NCBI RefSeq assembly: GCF_000143415.4
Contig: NW_003314270.1
Span: 2,473,048 to 2,537,047 of the forward strand
Origin: Selaginella moellendorffii
Taxonomy: Eukaryota; Plantae; Lycopodiophyta
DNA length: 64,000 bases
Direction of reading: 5' to 3'
In this document: positions 36,525-48,994 of the stretch, one piece after another
Layout of the letters: each line of letters opens with the position of its first letter
Position numbering within the stretch: the stretch's first letter is position 1
Notes under the pieces: model-generated
Databases searched by the model: none
What the model was told of the DNA's origin: nothing
Seen by the model: only the letters and a program-made list of their open reading frames with translations
Made by a program: the position numbers and the translations under genes

Positions 36525-39139
36525 ATGAAGCCTGTGAGCTCTCCTCCGCTTCCTCCTCTCTCCTCCGCCGCCGAGAAGAAGCGGTGCGCGATCCTCCATG
36601 ACACCTCGTCGATCGAATCTAGTGTAGAAATGTACGCGCGCACGGCGAGCACAGCGACGACTACGAGCACGACGACGAGCGCGGCGACGAGCCACCACCA
36701 CCGATCGAAGAAGCGGCGGGCGGAGCGCGTGTTTGGGATCCACACCTTCGGCGATCCGGGCTGCCCGGCCGACTACGATGGCGCATTCCGGGACAACATC
36801 CGGGCATTCCTCTCGGATTGCGCGGAGATGGAGCCCTACACGGTGGAGGGAATGCCCACCTGGTCACTGCTCCTCGAGGACGACAGGAATCTCTCCTCGG
36901 GGCGCTTGAATCTCCTCATCATGGAGGAGAGCACGGCCAATTCAATGCATCCACACTGCGACCACTGCCGCTGCATAGGTGAGGCGCGCGAATTCTCCCT
37001 TCTCCCTACTCTCACCTCGATTCGCCGCCAATTGCCACTGATTTCCATTTGGGTGTTCTTGCGTGTTCTTCGCCAGGATGGAGCCACCATCCCGTGTCGA
37101 TCCGGCGCTACCACTTCATCATCCCCGGGCCAGAGATCGACGACGAGGCGGCCGCGACGCAGAGCAGCATTCTCGATCTCCAGGACCATCTCCTCCACGG
37201 CCTCCTCCACTGCAACGGTTATGGCCATCTCCTGCGCGTCAATGGCCGCGAGAAGGGATCCAAGCTCGCGTCGGGCCGGGAGATCATGGATCTCTGGGAC
37301 CGAATTTGCGCCATGCTGCGCGCCAGGTAGAATTCTCTCGCTCATGGATCGATCGGTTGCTCGATCGAGGAAGAAGAAATTCCCATTATTTCTCATGATC
37401 CTGTGTGTTCTAGGAAGGTGAGCGTGGAGGACATCGCCAAGAAGAAGGGACTGGAGCTCCGGCTGCTCCACTGCGTCGCGTATGGCGAGTCGTGGTACAG
37501 CCGCTGGGGCTACAAATTCGGGCATGGCAGCTTCGGGATCACGCAGCAGATGTACTCCAAGGCGATCGAGGCCATCCGGGGGATGCCGCTCTCGGTGATG
37601 ATCCAGCATTTCGACGGCGTGGACGCCGAGGTCCTGGAGATCGTGTCGCTCTACCAGAAGATGAGCGGCCAGGCCCTCCAGACGGTGGGCGATCTCGTGC
37701 GCTTCATGGTGGAGCTCAAATCCCGGCTGCCGCTCACCGCCACCGCCGCCAATTCCTCCTCCTCGTCGCTGCTCCAGCCCGCCAAGCATCAGCACCAGCA
37801 CCAGCAGCTCCAGCTCCAGCAGCACCACGAACCATCGCGCAAGAGCAGCAGCCCGAATTCCAATCCACTGTCACCGCCGATCTCCTCGTTCTCGCTGGGC
37901 GCGGCCTTCTCCTCGGACATGCCGTGCCGGTGGAGCATGAAGCGGCTGGAGCTGGCGACGCAGGTGATCGTGGAGGCGCTCAAGAACTGCGACAAGAAGT
38001 GGATGCCGCGGCAAGACGTGCGCGACGCCGCGCGGGTCTACATTGGTGACACCGGATTGCTCGACTTCGTGCTCAAGTCGCTGGGCAACCGCGTCGTGGG
38101 CGGCCACGTCGTGCGCCGCGCGGTAAACCCCATCACCAAGGTGCTCGAGTACAGCCTCGAAGACGTGACGGCGTCGATCCACCACCACCCGCAGCACCAC
38201 AGCAATGGTGCCGGCGGCGGTGCCATGGGAAATGGTAGTGGCGGCGGGTGTGGGAATGGCACCACCACCGCCCCCAGCGTCAAGGGCGGCGAGGTGGCGG
38301 CGGCGGTGGCGGCGGCGGCGGTATGCGACATCAGCCGCGGCGACGTGCAGCGCGACATCGTCTACATGTACAAGAACGTCCTCGAGAGCTACAAGCCGGC
38401 CAGCAAGCGCGGCGGCGGCAAGAGCATCCTCACCGCGCTGCCCACCGCCAGCCGGATCATCCTCGACACCAAGCAGCTCATCCGCGACTACTGCGGGCAC
38501 AAGACGCGCAAGGCAGCCGCGGCGGCGGCCGCGGCGTCCGCGGCAGCGGGGCTGGCGGGCGGTAGCAGCAGCCGTGGCGGTAGTACTACCATCGCCGCCG
38601 GCGGCGCAAACGAGGCGTGGGAGGCGGTGGTGGTGGACGACGACGAGATGCTGCGCGTCATGTGCTGCGTCATACTGCGCGACTCGGACCCGTGCCGCAA
38701 CCGGCCCAGCCCGCCGCCGGAGCTGGTGGTGCTACCGCCGCACGCCACCATCGGCGACCTCAAGCTCGAGGCCCAGCGGGGGTTCCGCGACACGTACCAC
38801 ATAATGCGCGGCTTCCGGGTGGACACCATCCCGGAGCTGGAGGGCGACAACGAGGACCTCCTCTTCGGGGCCATCGAGTCGGGCTCCACGCTGATCGTCC
38901 AAGGGTCCGGGGTGGACGTTTACAACGAGTGGCGCTACGAGGGTGGCAACGATAGCTGGATCGTCGACTGCCCGTGCGGCGCCAAGGACGACGATGGCGA
39001 GAGGATGATCGCGTGTGATGTGTGCGAGGTGTGGCAGCACACGCGGTGTGGCGGGATCGCGGACCCGGATCCCATCCCGGCGCGGTTTCTCTGTGCCAGG
39101 TGTGGCGAGAGCCTCTTCTCGGAGCTCAGATACTCGTGA
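36525..39139 (+). CDS. MALE STERILITY1 / MMD1-family PHD finger protein (3 exons)
   Basis: FGDPGCP..AFRDNIR.FL; CDHCRCIGWSHH; HLLHGLLHCNGYGHLL; RQDVRDAARVYIGDTGLLDFVLKSL; C-terminal PHD VDCPCGAKDDDGERMIACDVCEVWQHTRC. Confidence 0.93.
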
Positions 39140-39249
39140 TCGATCGATCGGTCTCTCCATGATCGATCGATCGTATCGGCTATAGCCTTGGCTCACAACG
39201 CAAGTAAGCTCCTTGGTTTTTCGCGATCTGTCCCTTGTAAAACCTCTCC

Positions 39250-39282
<33 letters not shown>

Positions 39283-41178
39283 GTCCTTCGTCCTTCGTCC
39301 TTATCAAAATCCTCCAGGGCAAACACTCTCAACTCGGGAGCTTACGTGAGAACTAACATATGTCCTCTTCTCTTTCCTTTGTGGGAACTTTTGTATCAAA
39401 TCCTTTTAAGTAAACACAACACTTTGTACGATAATACTTTGGGTTTTCTGGATCGATTGCGAGATTCTGGGAACTTTGGTTCTCTCTGGTTTCGTTTCAT
39501 ATATTGGATCTGTTGCTGCTGTTGCGAGAGTTTGGACATGGGAAACGGCATTCGCCATCCAGATTGTTGCTTTGCCGCTTCCGGGAGAGCCCGCGACGGG
39601 ATCGAATTATATAAGAATCCGTTTGCTGTTGCCGCTGGATCCATTTTTTAGATTGCCGTGGCAGCCGCTCGCGCTGTTGCGTTGCGTACTGCGAGTTTGT
39701 TGGATTTGAAATTTAAATGTCGGGAATATTCGCCCTCCCACAAAATCTGGCAAACCTAGCTACTTTAGCTCTCGCGGCACCACCCGCGAAATCAATTCTT
39801 GCGGAGTGTGTCTGCCAGGCACTTAATTTAAATCTCACTAATTAATCTCCCCAACAGAGCAGACAACAGGAGATAAACCGTTGCTATGGGCGGGGGAGTA
39901 TATTCCCTAGGTTTAAGAAAAGGGCGGAAAGTTGACTGACCCCTTTACCTTCCCTTCCCCTTTTGGGTTTCTAGGGTTTGTGCTTTTGTTTGGGGGAGTG
40001 TCAATGACGAGGCCCCCATGCACGCAGGCCGCATGCAAAGGTGTTGTGCGTGTGGGGCGAGTTTTTTATTTGGATCTAATGAGTTGCAATAGCGTTGACT
40101 GATTGCGAATAGGCACATCCCCCTCAACTCACGCAATGCATACGCCTTAAGACCTGCTGCGCTCGATAGCTTATGGAAAATGGACTCATTCATCGCCAAA
40201 GAAATTGATTATAAGGGCCAGTAAGCTCTTGTGGGGAATTCGTGTAGTTTTTTTCCCTCCAATTTGCTGGATTCTTAGGGCAATGCGGGAATGAGCTTGC
40301 GAGTACGTCGTTTGGGCTTGCTAGATTGCTTGAGGGTTTTTTTGCTGGATTCAGTGCGGGAGACCGGGGTGGTGGCCATGGTTTTCGGCCACCCTTTGAA
40401 AGGAAATTTGGACCACGATTCTGGCGCGCTCTCACCCCAAGGCGTTTGCATTTTTAACCGCTTCCGGCGAATCTCCGGCAGTTTTTTCCCGCGCTCAATG
40501 GAGCTGCGCCAGGTGGCGGTAACCACGTGGGCGGATTTGCCTAAAGCTCGGAAGGCCTGGCGACGGGCTTGACGGGGGCTGACGGGGGTTGTCTGACCGG
40601 CGACGACCGGGATCGGATTCCCTCCGATTTGCCAAATTCCCCCTTAACGGCCACCATCAACAATCCATGATTGGCCCATGCATACGCGGCATGGGGGCAT
40701 GTAACATGGCATGCCAGCTCATGGCGCATGGTCATGACGTGGCAGTACGTTTTCGGCCCCGTGCGGCTCGAACCCCGTCACACGTCACGTGAGCCGCCGG
40801 GGCCACGTGCTGCGCAAAAAAAGCTTACGCGCTGGAAATCATTCGCTTGTAACATCCCCATCGACGAGCAACAAATTAAAGAGCAAAGTATTATTATGAC
40901 AAGTGAAACCAATGGCTCGTATCGCCTGCTCTCTGTTCGTGTGTGTGTGTGTGTGTGTGATTGTGTCAGAGCCACACAGCCTCTATCGATGATCGCATTT
41001 TGGGGAATCGTTCGTTTGATCGTGGATCGCTCGCTCGATCCGTCCTCGCTGGAAACGCCTGTACATGGCAAGGGACTCGCAGCAGCGGGCGAGGTGAAGA
41101 GAAACTACCGAGCGTTACTTTCGATCTCCAGAGCAACGAAAAGGAGAAAAAAAATGGAAACTTGCCTTCGTCGCAAAT

Positions 41179-41987
41179 TCAGGGGCGATGCGAATCCCCG
41201 CTGCTGCTGTTGCTGCCAAAGTGAGCAGCCACCGCGGCAATTAGTCTCGATCTCCAAGAAGTTGGGTGATCATCCTTTTGCGCTGCAATTCGATCGCCAT
41301 CGGGACGTCTGTGAAGGATAAAGTCTCGCACTCCAGCAGCATCGCCAATCCGGAGCTTATCGTCTAGAGCTGCACAAGCAAAGCAGCTAGAACACATGAA
41401 GAAATTGTAGAACAATGAATGAAAAAGCCGAGAGACATTACCTTCCGAGATGTCGTGCGCAGAATAGAGCTCGAATGGCCTGGGATCGGTTCCCAGCGGC
41501 GGGATGCGGCCTTCGTGCTCGTACTCCTGCAGCGCATGGCGGATAACGCTCTCCACAGTATCGCTCGAATCCACCACGAATCGCAATGGCCCGGCGCTAT
41601 CAACAACGCTGATGCTCACCAGGAACTTGTGCGAGCCACCGTACTGCGACTGCCCGTGACGAGAAACGTGAGAAATCCCCACGAAATGTCGATATTTCGA
41701 TCGCAAATTTTACCTTGGAGAATTCCTCCGGGCGATGGAGCTGCGCGGAGATGTCTGGATGGGCTAGAATCTCCGCCAGGCTCGCGTCATCCGCCTCGGC
41801 CTCCCCTCGCGCCTCCATCGATCGCTAAAACCCTAGAAAGCGGTAATGCAAACAAGAGAGTAATTCCTCCTCGTAGTTTACGGAAGCCCGTTTGCCACAT
41901 CACATCGATCTCAACGGAAGAACGTTCTAGGGCTTCTCCTTCTCTTCGTCGGCGCGCTCTTCCTCCGGCGATGGCGGCGGGCGCCAT
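41179..41987 (-). CDS. DUF7054 (At4g22758-like) protein; start codon uncertain
   Basis: KFLVSISVVDSAGPLRFVV...TVESVIRHAL.EY..EGR.P.LG.DP..FELY. Confidence 0.75.
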
Positions 41988-42487
41988 TCCCAAAGGTATC
42001 CTAGTCCAACGCCATTGTCATCGCTAGATTTTGAGCGGAATAGCTGCGCTGCGCTGCGCGCTTGATCCAGTTTCGCTTGATCTGTTTCGTTCTCTCCTGT
42101 GTTGAATGCAAAGGAGGAGGAGAAATCGGTGTGCTTGTAGAAGAAATATTTGTTTGCTCTCTTGCGTTCTTCCTCTCTGTGAGCTTTTAGACCATTGTTA
42201 ATGATACTGAACTGAAAGATTTTATTTTTCCTCACAGTGTAGCACATATGGATAGATAACTGGATGACATCCGATGATATCGCATCTGAATCTGATGCTC
42301 AAGCAGGTCGTGGATCTTGCACGTAAGAGCTCTGCGTATCAGATTTAATCTTGTCTAGTACTGACACTACTGTTTCCGTTTGCAGTAATCGGTTACAATA
42401 CAAACACATTGCAAGCGCAAGAACCTCGTGAAGCGCCGATCGATCGTGGAGAGGCAATCACTCTAGAGTGATTGTGAGAGAGATCTC

Positions 42488-43483
42488 TCAGTTCCCGTGA
42501 TGGAACTTCGAAAACGGCAGCCGATACTGCGAGGTGGCAATTGGTGGTGGCTTCGGATGTGGAAAATTTGGAAGAAGTGGATGCCCCCACACCTGGTTGT
42601 CGAGCCAGTTGAAAATCTCCGGACACTTTCTCCCGGTGGTAGCATGCCGGCCTTGCGCGACTCTCATCAGCGAGTGAATGTGCTCAGCCAGGAGCCTCGC
42701 ATAGCTGTGGTCGTCCCGCTGGAGTGGCAAAACATCAAACTTCTCGAGCATGAGGCAGACATCCGGAGGCCGGGGAGCCGATAGAACACGTCCCAAACCG
42801 TCGATGACGCCCTCGGCCTGCATCGCTGCATGGAGCTTGGTGGAGGCATCGGATCCAAAGCCGGGGATGTGCGCAGCAAAGTAGAAGGGAGCGATCGGGA
42901 ACTCCTCGCAGCAGACTTGAGCAACAGGTATGGCTTTTGCTCGCAGCAGCTGCTCGTGACTGTGGATCTTTGACGCGGTGGTCTGGTCCTTTGGCATATG
43001 GACGAACAGAACCGGAGGATAAGTTGAAGCCGGGGCCATCTTCGCTCGCTCCAGCGCCTTGTGGAGGCCCGGGGACACCATCAAGACGAGCGCCGAGAAC
43101 TTGATGGTGAGCGCGAGCATGGAGAGGAAGTTGCCGCCGGAGCCGGAGCCTAGACCGACGATCGGCGCGCGCTCCAGGCCGTGCTGCGCGGTCCAGGAGA
43201 CGAGGACGGACACTACGTTGTGAGCGTCCTGCGAGGCTTGCGGCGGCCAGTCCTGCCAGAAGCTCTTGACGCTCTTGATGGCGATGACGGCGTAGCCGCG
43301 GCTGAGGGCGTGCTTGACAATGGCGACGTGGTCGGGGACTCCCGTGCAATTCGGCTGCTGCGGCTGCGGCTCCCAATACGTGAGCGGCGATCCGTTTCCT
43401 TCGTGGGCGATGAACAGCACCGCGCGAGGATTTGGAGGGATCTGGGAGATGACATCAAGGTGCTGCTGCTCTTGTTGGATCAT
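42488..43483 (-). CDS. AXY9-like alpha/beta-hydrolase-fold protein, intronless
   Basis: VISQIP..PRAVLFIAH, PIVGLGSGSGG.F.S.LA, YPPVLFVHMPKD, EFP..P......IPG. Confidence 0.7.
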   Translation of the reverse strand: MIQQEQQHLDVISQIPPNPRAVLFIAHEGNGSPLTYWEPQPQQPNCTGVPDHVAIVKHALSRGYAVIAIKSVKSFWQDWPPQASQDAHNVVSVLVSWTAQHGLERAPIVGLGSGSGGNFLSMLALTIKFSALVLMVSPGLHKALERAKMAPASTYPPVLFVHMPKDQTTASKIHSHEQLLRAKAIPVAQVCCEEFPIAPFYFAAHIPGFGSDASTKLHAAMQAEGVIDGLGRVLSAPRPPDVCLMLEKFDVLPLQRDDHSYARLLAEHIHSLMRVAQGRHATTGRKCPEIFNWLDNQVWGHPLLPNFPHPKPPPIATSQYRLPFSKFHHGN

Positions 43484-44001
43484 TTCTGATCGAGCGAGGC
43501 CAGCAGGAAAAAAAATTCCAAGAACACGCCGAAGAACGAGGAAGGATGTAGTGTTTAGAGTCAATCTAATAAGCTAATTGGGGGAGGGTACCTGGAGTGT
43601 AGTTACTTGGCTCGCCCAGAGATGATGGCATTTATACACTGGAGGTTCTATGGCTCGAGAATAAAATCCAAGAAACAGCCCATTCCACAGTGGAGCCCTG
43701 CCACGTGAGCGGGCATGGTATGTCAGGTGACGTGGAGGTGATGTGGACGGGAAAACTGGAAAAAACCGGCGAACGAGTAACGCGGCCAATTAGCTCGCAG
43801 AATTTCTTCAATGCCAAAAAGCAAAGGTGGTGGCGTGTCGGCATCAAAGGTATCTTTGTGCCATGTGAGTGAATTTTGACGTTTGAAGAGGTCAGATTTT
43901 TAACTGCCGTGGATAGCGTTTGGCTAACCGTGGTTAACGCGCCTCCAACGGTCGCATTTAGGGCTTGGGTTTTGGATTTTAGGGTTCTAGCGGGCGGGGC
44001 T

Positions 44002-45776
44002 ATGGCGCCATGGCTACTGCGCTCTTGCCCGGCGCGGCGCGTGTGGCGCAGATGGCTGTCCGGCGATGCGGTTTCTCCTGGGAGGAGGACGATCGGCGAT
44101 CCTGTGCGTGTGTTTGTCGTGGCTGGAGAGCCGTCCGGTGATGTGATCGGCGGGCGTCTCGTGGCGGCAATGCGAGAACTGTGGCCGGATTCTCTGCGGC
44201 TGTCTGGCATTGGTGGGTAAGTTCTTCGATTCGAGGGAACTGGCTGGCATTTGTGATTTTCATCCAGGTCTTGCATGGAGCGAGAGGGAGTGAAGAGTAT
44301 TTTCGAGATGGATGATCTTGCGGTCATGGGAGTAACGGAGCTTTTGCCGCACTTGATAACGTTATCGGTAAGCTCTGTCAATTCGGTGCTTTTACTCTTT
44401 TACCAAATGCTTTGTTTGTTGTTAGAGGAGGTTGCATCAAGCCGTGGACGCCGCTGTCCGATTTGATCCACATATCATTGTGACGATCGACTCTAAAGGT
44501 TTCTCGTTTCGCTTTCTAAGAAAAATCAAAGGTACGGATATTATGCTTTGATTTTGTATTCTTGTGTGAAGTTCGCTTCCTCTTGTTTTTTCTTTCTTAT
44601 GTCACCTTGCTCTTTGCTTAGATTTCTGTGCAAAGTCGAAGGTACCGGGTCCATTCTGTGTTCATTATGTATGCCCGTCCTTCTGGGCCTGGAAAGGGGG
44701 CGAGGAGAAACTTCGAAACTTGTCAGGAGTTGTGGATCACTTGCTTTGCATTCTTCCGTTTGAAGAAGGGATATGCAAGTCGAGCGGCTTAAATGCCTCG
44801 TTTGTTGGGCATCCCGTGCTGGATGACGCATTTGACTTGGCTGGTAAATCTGCTGTATGGCTAGCTTCTTGATTAGCAAAGCAACACTCCAGTTTCTTAC
44901 GTCGTTTTTGCAGGATTTTAACGTGATTCAGAGCAAGTGGATGATTCACGGGAATGGCCAGAAGTTCCGGCAAGATCATAACCTTCCAAGTGGTAAAATT
45001 ATCAAACTATTTCGGTTTTGTGGACTTATTTTCTCGCTTTTTTCTTGCAGAATCACCTGTTATTACAGTGCTTCCAGGAAGCCGAGCGCAGGAGCTTCAT
45101 AAAATGCTCCCGATTTATGGCTCGGCATTGAAACACCTGTCTCGAAGCTTACCTGGCCTGGCTGCTATTATACCAACCGTTCCAAATCGCACGCTTACCG
45201 GGATTATTGACATGGCTGTGAGAGATTGGGGGCTGCCTGTAGTCGTCGTCCCGGGTGCCTCCCTCGAAGACAAGTACAACTCGTTCGCAGTTAAGTTTCG
45301 AAATCGCCATCTCATACTCTCATGCTCTTTGCTTTTTTTTCCTTTCGCAGGCCAGTGATGCTGCCTTGGTTACGTCGGGTACGGCAGTAATGCAGCTACA
45401 AATGTGTCGTGTGCCTTGCGTGGTTGCGTACCGAGCAAATATTTTTACCGAGTGGATCATCAAGCAGCGGACAGTGCTCAAGTATGTTTCTTTGCCAAAC
45501 ATTTTGCTGGACTCGCCTGCTGTTCCAGAAGCTCTTTTCTCCTCCTGCAAACCAGACCGCCTGGCATGCTTGCTTGAGTAAGAATTCACTCTTTCGCAGT
45601 TTTTGGTATTAAACTTTGTCTATCTTCACAGAAATATTCTGGAAGACCCTGTGGCTGCCAGAGAAGATCAAGCTAAAGCCGCCGAGTCGGTGCTACACAT
45701 GATTCAACCGCCAGAAGCGTTACAGAGTCCAAGCCGGACGGCAGCGCGTATTGTTTTGGCTGCACTGGAGCCGTGA
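44002..45776 (+). CDS. LpxB: Lipid-A-disaccharide synthase, mitochondrial (multi-exon)
   Basis: VFVVAGEPSGD, DLAVMGVTE, HYVCPSFWAWK, FVGHP, LPGSRAQE, SGTA, YVSLPNILLD. Confidence 0.93.
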
Positions 45777-45860
45777 ACACCAATTTGGAATCGAAGGCTT
45801 GTTTCTAAGTGTTGATAATGGTAAGCTCTGGTTTTTTCTTACACGGTCATTCCTTCGTTC

Positions 45861-48704
45861 TCAAGGTTTGCGTTTGACATAGGACAAGTAAGGATCTTGT
45901 GCTGCGGTCAAGACATCAGGCCTGTCCATTTGATCGTATGATAGGCACCTCCGGATAAAGTCCTGCACAAGGAATAGAATGAAGCGCCAGTGGAAACGAA
46001 GCGCATTACCTTGGCATCAGCGGAGACACTAGGACGCGTTGGAAACTCCACTTTCCTCGCCTTGGTGATTGTATCCTCGCGTAGAATCCTCTCCTGGCTT
46101 TGGTCATGCCCGAACGGCCTCTTCCCAAATAGCATTTGATAGAAGAGCACTCCGGCCGACCACACATCAACCTGGACGCAGTAGTTTCAATATCTATCCG
46201 CTGAAGAAATAAAAGAGAGAACAACGCACCTTTGACGATATAAGTGGTGTCTTGTTCACATCAAAACACTCGGGCGGAAGATACCTGTAACAAAGCCATG
46301 GCTCTCTAGCTTGTATTGTTTCGACAATGGAAGGAAAGTTTTACCAGTATGTCCCTGCGCCCTGAGACGTGAGTTCCATTCCCTGCGAGCCAACCTCGTC
46401 TTCCACTATTTTGCTTAGTCCGAAGTCTGTGAGTTTGGCCGCGCCAGCTTCGTCAAAGAGGACGTTCCCAGGCTTGAGATCGTAGTGGATGACGCGCTGC
46501 GATCTTCTGTTCAAGTATACGAGGCCGGAGAAGATCTGGACCATGATGCTCCGAGCTTCTCTTTCCGGAAGCACTGACGTCGATTTTAAGACGGCATCCA
46601 GATCTTTGCCTGCAAACCACGAGTAAGTCTGATGCAAAAGAAAAGCGTAGACAAACCTCCGCAGTATTGTAGCACGGTACAGAAAGTATTGTGGTCGATC
46701 TCGAAAATGTCCCACAACCTCACGATGTGAGAATGCACTAAGCTCTTGTGGATGTTGTACTCTCGGATGGCGTGACGGATGTAGTTTTGCTTCTTTTCTT
46801 CGCTCCATTGGACGTTAAGACCGTGCAGCTTGCAGGCCACATATCTGTATTCCACCATATCGTAAGCCTAACAAGCGCGACAAACATCACTTTCTGGAAA
46901 GGAAGTTGATCCCAGCTGAGTGGGGCTTACCTTGTATACTTCGCTGAAGCCGCCTTTTCCCAGGAGATTCAGCAACGCGTAACGTTTGTTGAGGATTGGA
47001 AAGTGATTGAAACGCGATCCATCTTCGTCCCTGATTCTTTTGAGCTCGCGAATGAAACAGGCTTTTTCTAGCTCATAGCGCTCGCGATCTCGCAGTGTGT
47101 TCTCCTCCTCCTGTACAAGAGTAGTCAGTAATCCCCCAAAGTGAAACATTCACAAACCCTTTTAATCGAAAAAATCCGCGCCCTGTACATCTCTTCCGTT
47201 GCTATACATTCTTCTTCGGCAAGTCCCTGATCATTTTCCGAAGCATCTGTTTTATCTGCATGAATTTTTATAAGAAATATGCTTTGCGGAAAGTAGCCAA
47301 AACCATACCGTTTTGTTTTTTCTTTAGAAGCTTTCTTTGTTTCTCAATAGCATCTTTTTGTTCCAAGAGCGATTTCTGCATAGAAAAAATATAAGCCTCA
47401 AGAACGCGCTGGCACAGAAAACTTTTGAGTTTACCAGACGAGCTTGAATGTCTTTCAATGCTTGTCCATCTTCCCAAACCTCAGACAGTAAGGTGCCTGC
47501 CCTGCCAGATGCAAGCCTATGGATACAATATCATACTTTCATAGAGTCACTTACCGCATGACTCCCACGTTTCCAAGCCGGACTGAATCCTGACGGACTC
47601 TTAATCTTGCTTCCTGCCTCTCGCCTTTTGCAACTGCTATCAGTAGATCAGACACGACCTTCAATCGCTGTGACCACACACGAGTCAGCAAAAGGCAACA
47701 ACGTTCATGTCTACCTTTCGCTCCTTCTCGAGCTGTACTTCCTTCATGTCATTTATTTCCTGAGAACATTTCAAGAATGAACTCCGAAATTGCCAAAAGA
47801 CACAGCAGATCACCTTCTCTAGCTGCTGGCAGGTTCTCTGGTATTGGCAAGCTTCTGATCTAGCTTTGTCAAGCTCCTCGCCAAGCCCCGCACACCTCGC
47901 ATTCAATGTCATCAGGTCTTCCTGCTACCAACAGATTATCCAATGATCCTCTGTAGAAAATTTACTCCACAAGACATCTCTCAGGAAAACCTGAAATTTG
48001 CCAGGAAAAAGAAATACCTCACGAACGTATCAAATATAAAAACGTACCTTAAGTCGCTCGTCCTCCGAAAACCTCTGAGAAACAATAAGATAGAACAGTT
48101 ATTACAGAGAAAAACGAAGCCCCACGAGAGCACCACTGACCTTGTGTTCCGCACCATTCCCGTTGTCAACCTTCAGGAAACGATACAGGACGCTCAAACT
48201 GAATAGAAAAGAAAAATCTACCTTTGCAGAAGGTGGTGAATGAGGACGCTTGGCCTCTTTTGCTTTTCCACCCCGGCTTCGTTGGCCCATTCCTCGGCTG
48301 CTCTTTGTTGTCCTGCCTTCTTGATCCAGCTTTTCCTCCTGGAGAAAAAAAAAAAAAAACTTAGCGAGAATGTATACGTGACTGTCCATTCGCTTACTTC
48401 TCGCGACTCGTCCATTTGAAATGTCTTTCTCTTCTGTGAGCTGGCGCTGGCTTGGATCATAAAGTCTCCAGCGTTCTGTGGCATATAATGGAAAAGAAGA
48501 AAATAGGGGGAGTTGAGATTCTGTCTAGTGGCCTAGACTTACATCTTCGTCCGAGTCTGTGGAAGAGGGAGAAGCGTCGGGAAGGGGCTTGGCGGCGGGG
48601 ATAGATTTCCCAGCCATCCTGGCTTCGAGCTTGGCGAGCTTGGACGGCAGCGAGTCTGAATGGTTGGAATTGGAGGAGAGATGGAGCAGCACATTGTCGT
48701 GCAT
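45861..48704 (-). CDS. TSL: TOUSLED-like Ser/Thr kinase (multi-exon)
   Basis: [30 protein letters not shown]; [12 protein letters not shown]; HYDLKPGN; DFGLSK; [13 protein letters not shown]. Confidence 0.95.
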
Positions 48705-48994
48705 TGCCGATGGCGATCGAAAACAGCGAATGCGTCAATCCGCCAGCTGAGAGACCCGCGCTCCCCACCCCTCACAAGCCCTAAAATCACAAAAGAAATA
48801 TTGGGCATCTACAACGAACGGCCGAGATCTTGGGTTTGCAAGGTCCTGTTTTAAGAATTAATAATATTAAGACAAAGTTTTCCATCAAATGCTATTCCAT
48901 TGTAACCCAAAACTTTCTATATATTTGGCAATAAAATGTTTTAGGTAATGTTCCTGAAAATGCCAATTTTTTTGCAAACTTGTAGGGGGGCTAG

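Noticed and set aside
36836-38955. Many overlapping alternative-frame and antisense ORFs in GC-rich genes
   Set aside because: Expected by-products of high GC3 in the MS1-like and similar genes.
44002-45776. LpxB as a bacterial contaminant or novel horizontal transfer
   Set aside because: It has spliceosomal introns and a targeting peptide; nuclear Lpx genes are established in land plants.
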